Positions 62,123 to 64,000 of a DNA stretch of 64,000 nt are shown here, in pieces; the stretch's first letter is position 1, and every line of letters begins with the position of its first letter. Made by a program: the position numbers and the translations under genes. The notes beneath the pieces were generated by a model. It did not search any database and was not told the DNA's origin. It saw nothing but the letters and a program-made list of their open reading frames with translations. Source of the stretch: a virus (taxonomy: Duplodnaviria > Caudoviricetes); IMG/VR virus record IMGVR_UViG_3300033067_000113, positions 1 to 64,000 of that record. One strand, 5' to 3'.

Positions 62123-64000
62123 ATGGCAGAATTTAAAATTGGTAGATTGCGCTTCACATGGAGAGGGCAATGGGCTACCGGAACATTTTACAACAGAGAT
62201 GCTGTAAGTCAATACAATGGTAAGACTTATGTATGTTTAGAACCTCATACATCTGGAGAGTTCTACGACGATTTAGCACATATTAATCAAGCAGGTGCAA
62301 GTACTCCTTACTGGACTTTAATGCTTGAAGGTAAAGAATGGAAGCAGGCATGGGAGCCAACAACATTTTATAGTTTAGGTAACATTGTAACCTACGGCGG
62401 TGTTGTATATGTGTGTACAGAACAACACACTAGTGGATCTGCACAAATTGATTTAACTAAATGGGACACTTATTCTAGATTTGACAATTGGAATAATGCA
62501 TGGACAACTGCTACTGTGTACGGCATTGGTGATATTGTTAAGTACGGCGGTATCGTTTATCGTTGCGTAACTAACCACTTATCAGATGCATCTGCAACTG
62601 CTGGCTTAGAATCAGATCAAGCTAAATGGGAAGTTGTTAATAACGGCATCGACTATAAAGGTAATTTTACATCTACTCGTTATAAAAAGAACGACCTAGT
62701 AAAGAATGGCGCAGATATGTACATCTGTTTAACAGGCCATACTGCATCATCATTTGATGTAACTAAGTGGTCTACTTGGTTGCCAGGTTTAGATTTTGGT
62801 ACCACATGGAATTCTGGAGCAACTTATCAAGTTGGTGACTTGGTTATTTACGGTGGCTATTCTTATGTTTGCGTGAGCTCTAATAATACCGGCAACATTC
62901 CTTCAACTAGCACTAGTGACTGGAATATTGTAACTGAAGGTTACTCAATGAAGAATGAGTGGGACACTGGCTCGTCTTACAAAATAGGTGATGTAGTTCG
63001 CCGTGGTGGCCTACTATTTGTTGCAGTATCAGACAACACTAGTAAAGATCCTTCTGGCTTTAGCGTATCAACAACTTACACTGCCGCTGGTAGTAGCGGA
63101 ACTACTTTAGAAGTTGCTTCTACAGCTGGTATCGTACCAGGAATGATTGTTCACGGAGTTGGATACTTACGAGGTCAAACAGTTGTATCAGTAGTTGATA
63201 ACAACACATTAATAATTAGCGAAGGCCCCGACGGCGTAGCAGTTGACGGCGAAACTATCGCATTTGTTGGTGTAAATTATGTATTCTGGACATTAGCAGT
63301 ACCGGGTGTTGCTTGGAAAAACTTCTGGGAATCAGACTTCGATTATGTGATTGGAGATTTAGTTATTTGGGGTAACGGGACATATCGTTGTGTAAGTAAT
63401 CACACAAGCGGCGCCGTATTCCGTCCAGACTTAGATACTGATAGACAATATTGGATTGATTACCTATTACATGCTAGAGAAAATGCAGGTAACTCTCAAG
63501 GTGACCTAGTAGCATTTAATGGAACTGCACCGGCAGCAATTGCCAGTGGTCCTGAAGATTATGTACTCCGAGTTAATACTGATTTGCCAGCCTGGGCAAA
63601 GATTTTAAAAGTTAACAAAGTTTTCTATGTAGCTACTGACGGAGTAGATGCAGACGACTACGGCGATACTTTAGATAAGCCATATGCATCAGTTAAGTAT
63701 GCTACTACTAAAGTTCTAAACGGCACAGAGTTTCAAAATACAAATGCATTACTAAAAGCAAACAAAGAATGGTTAGTTGAAGAACTATACCAATGGATGC
63801 TTTACCAATCAGCAAACAATAATCTTCCATTCTCGACTACTTCGGTATTTGATGAAGCTGCATCTAAAAGAGATGCACGATTGATTATTGATGCAATTTC
63901 TTATGACATGTCTAGAACTGGCAACAGTCAAATTGTTGCGGCAACAATTAAATATTTTGCTGACGGCAGTACTACTACATTCTTTAATCAAGCAACTGAT
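62123..64000 (+). CDS. large virion protein with tandem carbohydrate-binding-module-like (CBM5/12, ChtBD3-type) repeats; 3' truncated
   Basis: Absent from the ORF track because there is no stop in the window. MAEFKIGRLRFTWRGQW.. followed by about 7 W....Y..GD.V.Y.G..Y.C...HTS repeats, then VFYVATDG..G.TLDKPY. Confidence 0.75.
   Translation, partial: MAEFKIGRLRFTWRGQWATGTFYNRDAVSQYNGKTYVCLEPHTSGEFYDDLAHINQAGASTPYWTLMLEGKEWKQAWEPTTFYSLGNIVTYGGVVYVCTEQHTSGSAQIDLTKWDTYSRFDNWNNAWTTATVYGIGDIVKYGGIVYRCVTNHLSDASATAGLESDQAKWEVVNNGIDYKGNFTSTRYKKNDLVKNGADMYICLTGHTASSFDVTKWSTWLPGLDFGTTWNSGATYQVGDLVIYGGYSYVCVSSNNTGNIPSTSTSDWNIVTEGYSMKNEWDTGSSYKIGDVVRRGGLLFVAVSDNTSKDPSGFSVSTTYTAAGSSGTTLEVASTAGIVPGMIVHGVGYLRGQTVVSVVDNNTLIISEGPDGVAVDGETIAFVGVNYVFWTLAVPGVAWKNFWESDFDYVIGDLVIWGNGTYRCVSNHTSGAVFRPDLDTDRQYWIDYLLHARENAGNSQGDLVAFNGTAPAAIASGPEDYVLRVNTDLPAWAKILKVNKVFYVATDGVDADDYGDTLDKPYASVKYATTKVLNGTEFQNTNALLKANKEWLVEELYQWMLYQSANNNLPFSTTSVFDEAASKRDARLIIDAISYDMSRTGNSQIVAATIKYFADGSTTTFFNQATD

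Noticed and set aside
63809-63991. 60-aa minus-strand ORF at the right end
   Set aside because: Antisense to the long open + frame starting at 62123.
1-64000. CRISPR array, tRNA/rRNA genes, transposases, DGR template/variable repeats
   Set aside because: By eye I found no regularly spaced direct repeats, cloverleaf/TpsiC motifs, transposase or reverse-transcriptase motifs, or long duplicated segments. A tRNAscan and self-dotplot would be needed to exclude them formally.
1-64000. Alternative genetic code (stop-codon reassignment), as seen in some large phages
   Set aside because: Recognisable core genes are full length in the standard code, and TAA, TGA and TAG all terminate real genes (e.g. 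TGA for thyX, TAG for the GIY-YIG gene).

Overview
A 64 kb slice of a large, AT-rich, T4-related myovirus genome, read in the standard genetic code and almost fully coding. From left to right: the end of a vWA-domain gene, four small hypothetical genes and thyX (+); a four-glycosyltransferase cluster with its own sigma70-type promoter (-); a ~34 kb baseplate/tail-fibre block (-) containing a 4598-aa giant protein and gp6-, gp25-, gp5-, gp27-, gp53- and gp48/54-like genes; a divergent sigma70-driven operon of gp55-like late sigma factor, gp47/gp46 (Mre11/Rad50) and a GIY-YIG nuclease (+); a ~490-nt ORF-free, hairpin-dense region; a gp26/gp51-like chaperone (-); then tape-measure-like, portal, prohead core, protease, scaffold and major capsid genes, followed by further virion genes running off the right end (+). 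The strongest observations are three. (1) A canonical T_TTT_TTC -1 slippery site at the end of the gp26-like gene opens a start-less 77-codon ORF missed by the ORF track, like the lambda G/GT tail-chaperone frameshift. (2) A candidate large structured ncRNA at about 45612-46098 has long-range and kissing/pseudoknot pairings and lies directly behind the GIY-YIG gene. (3) A TAAATA late-promoter regulon contrasts with two TTGACT-N17 sigma70 promoters, and some late genes have structured 5' leaders. No CRISPR array, tRNA, rRNA or transposase was recognised. All product calls come from motif recognition by eye; no database searches were run.
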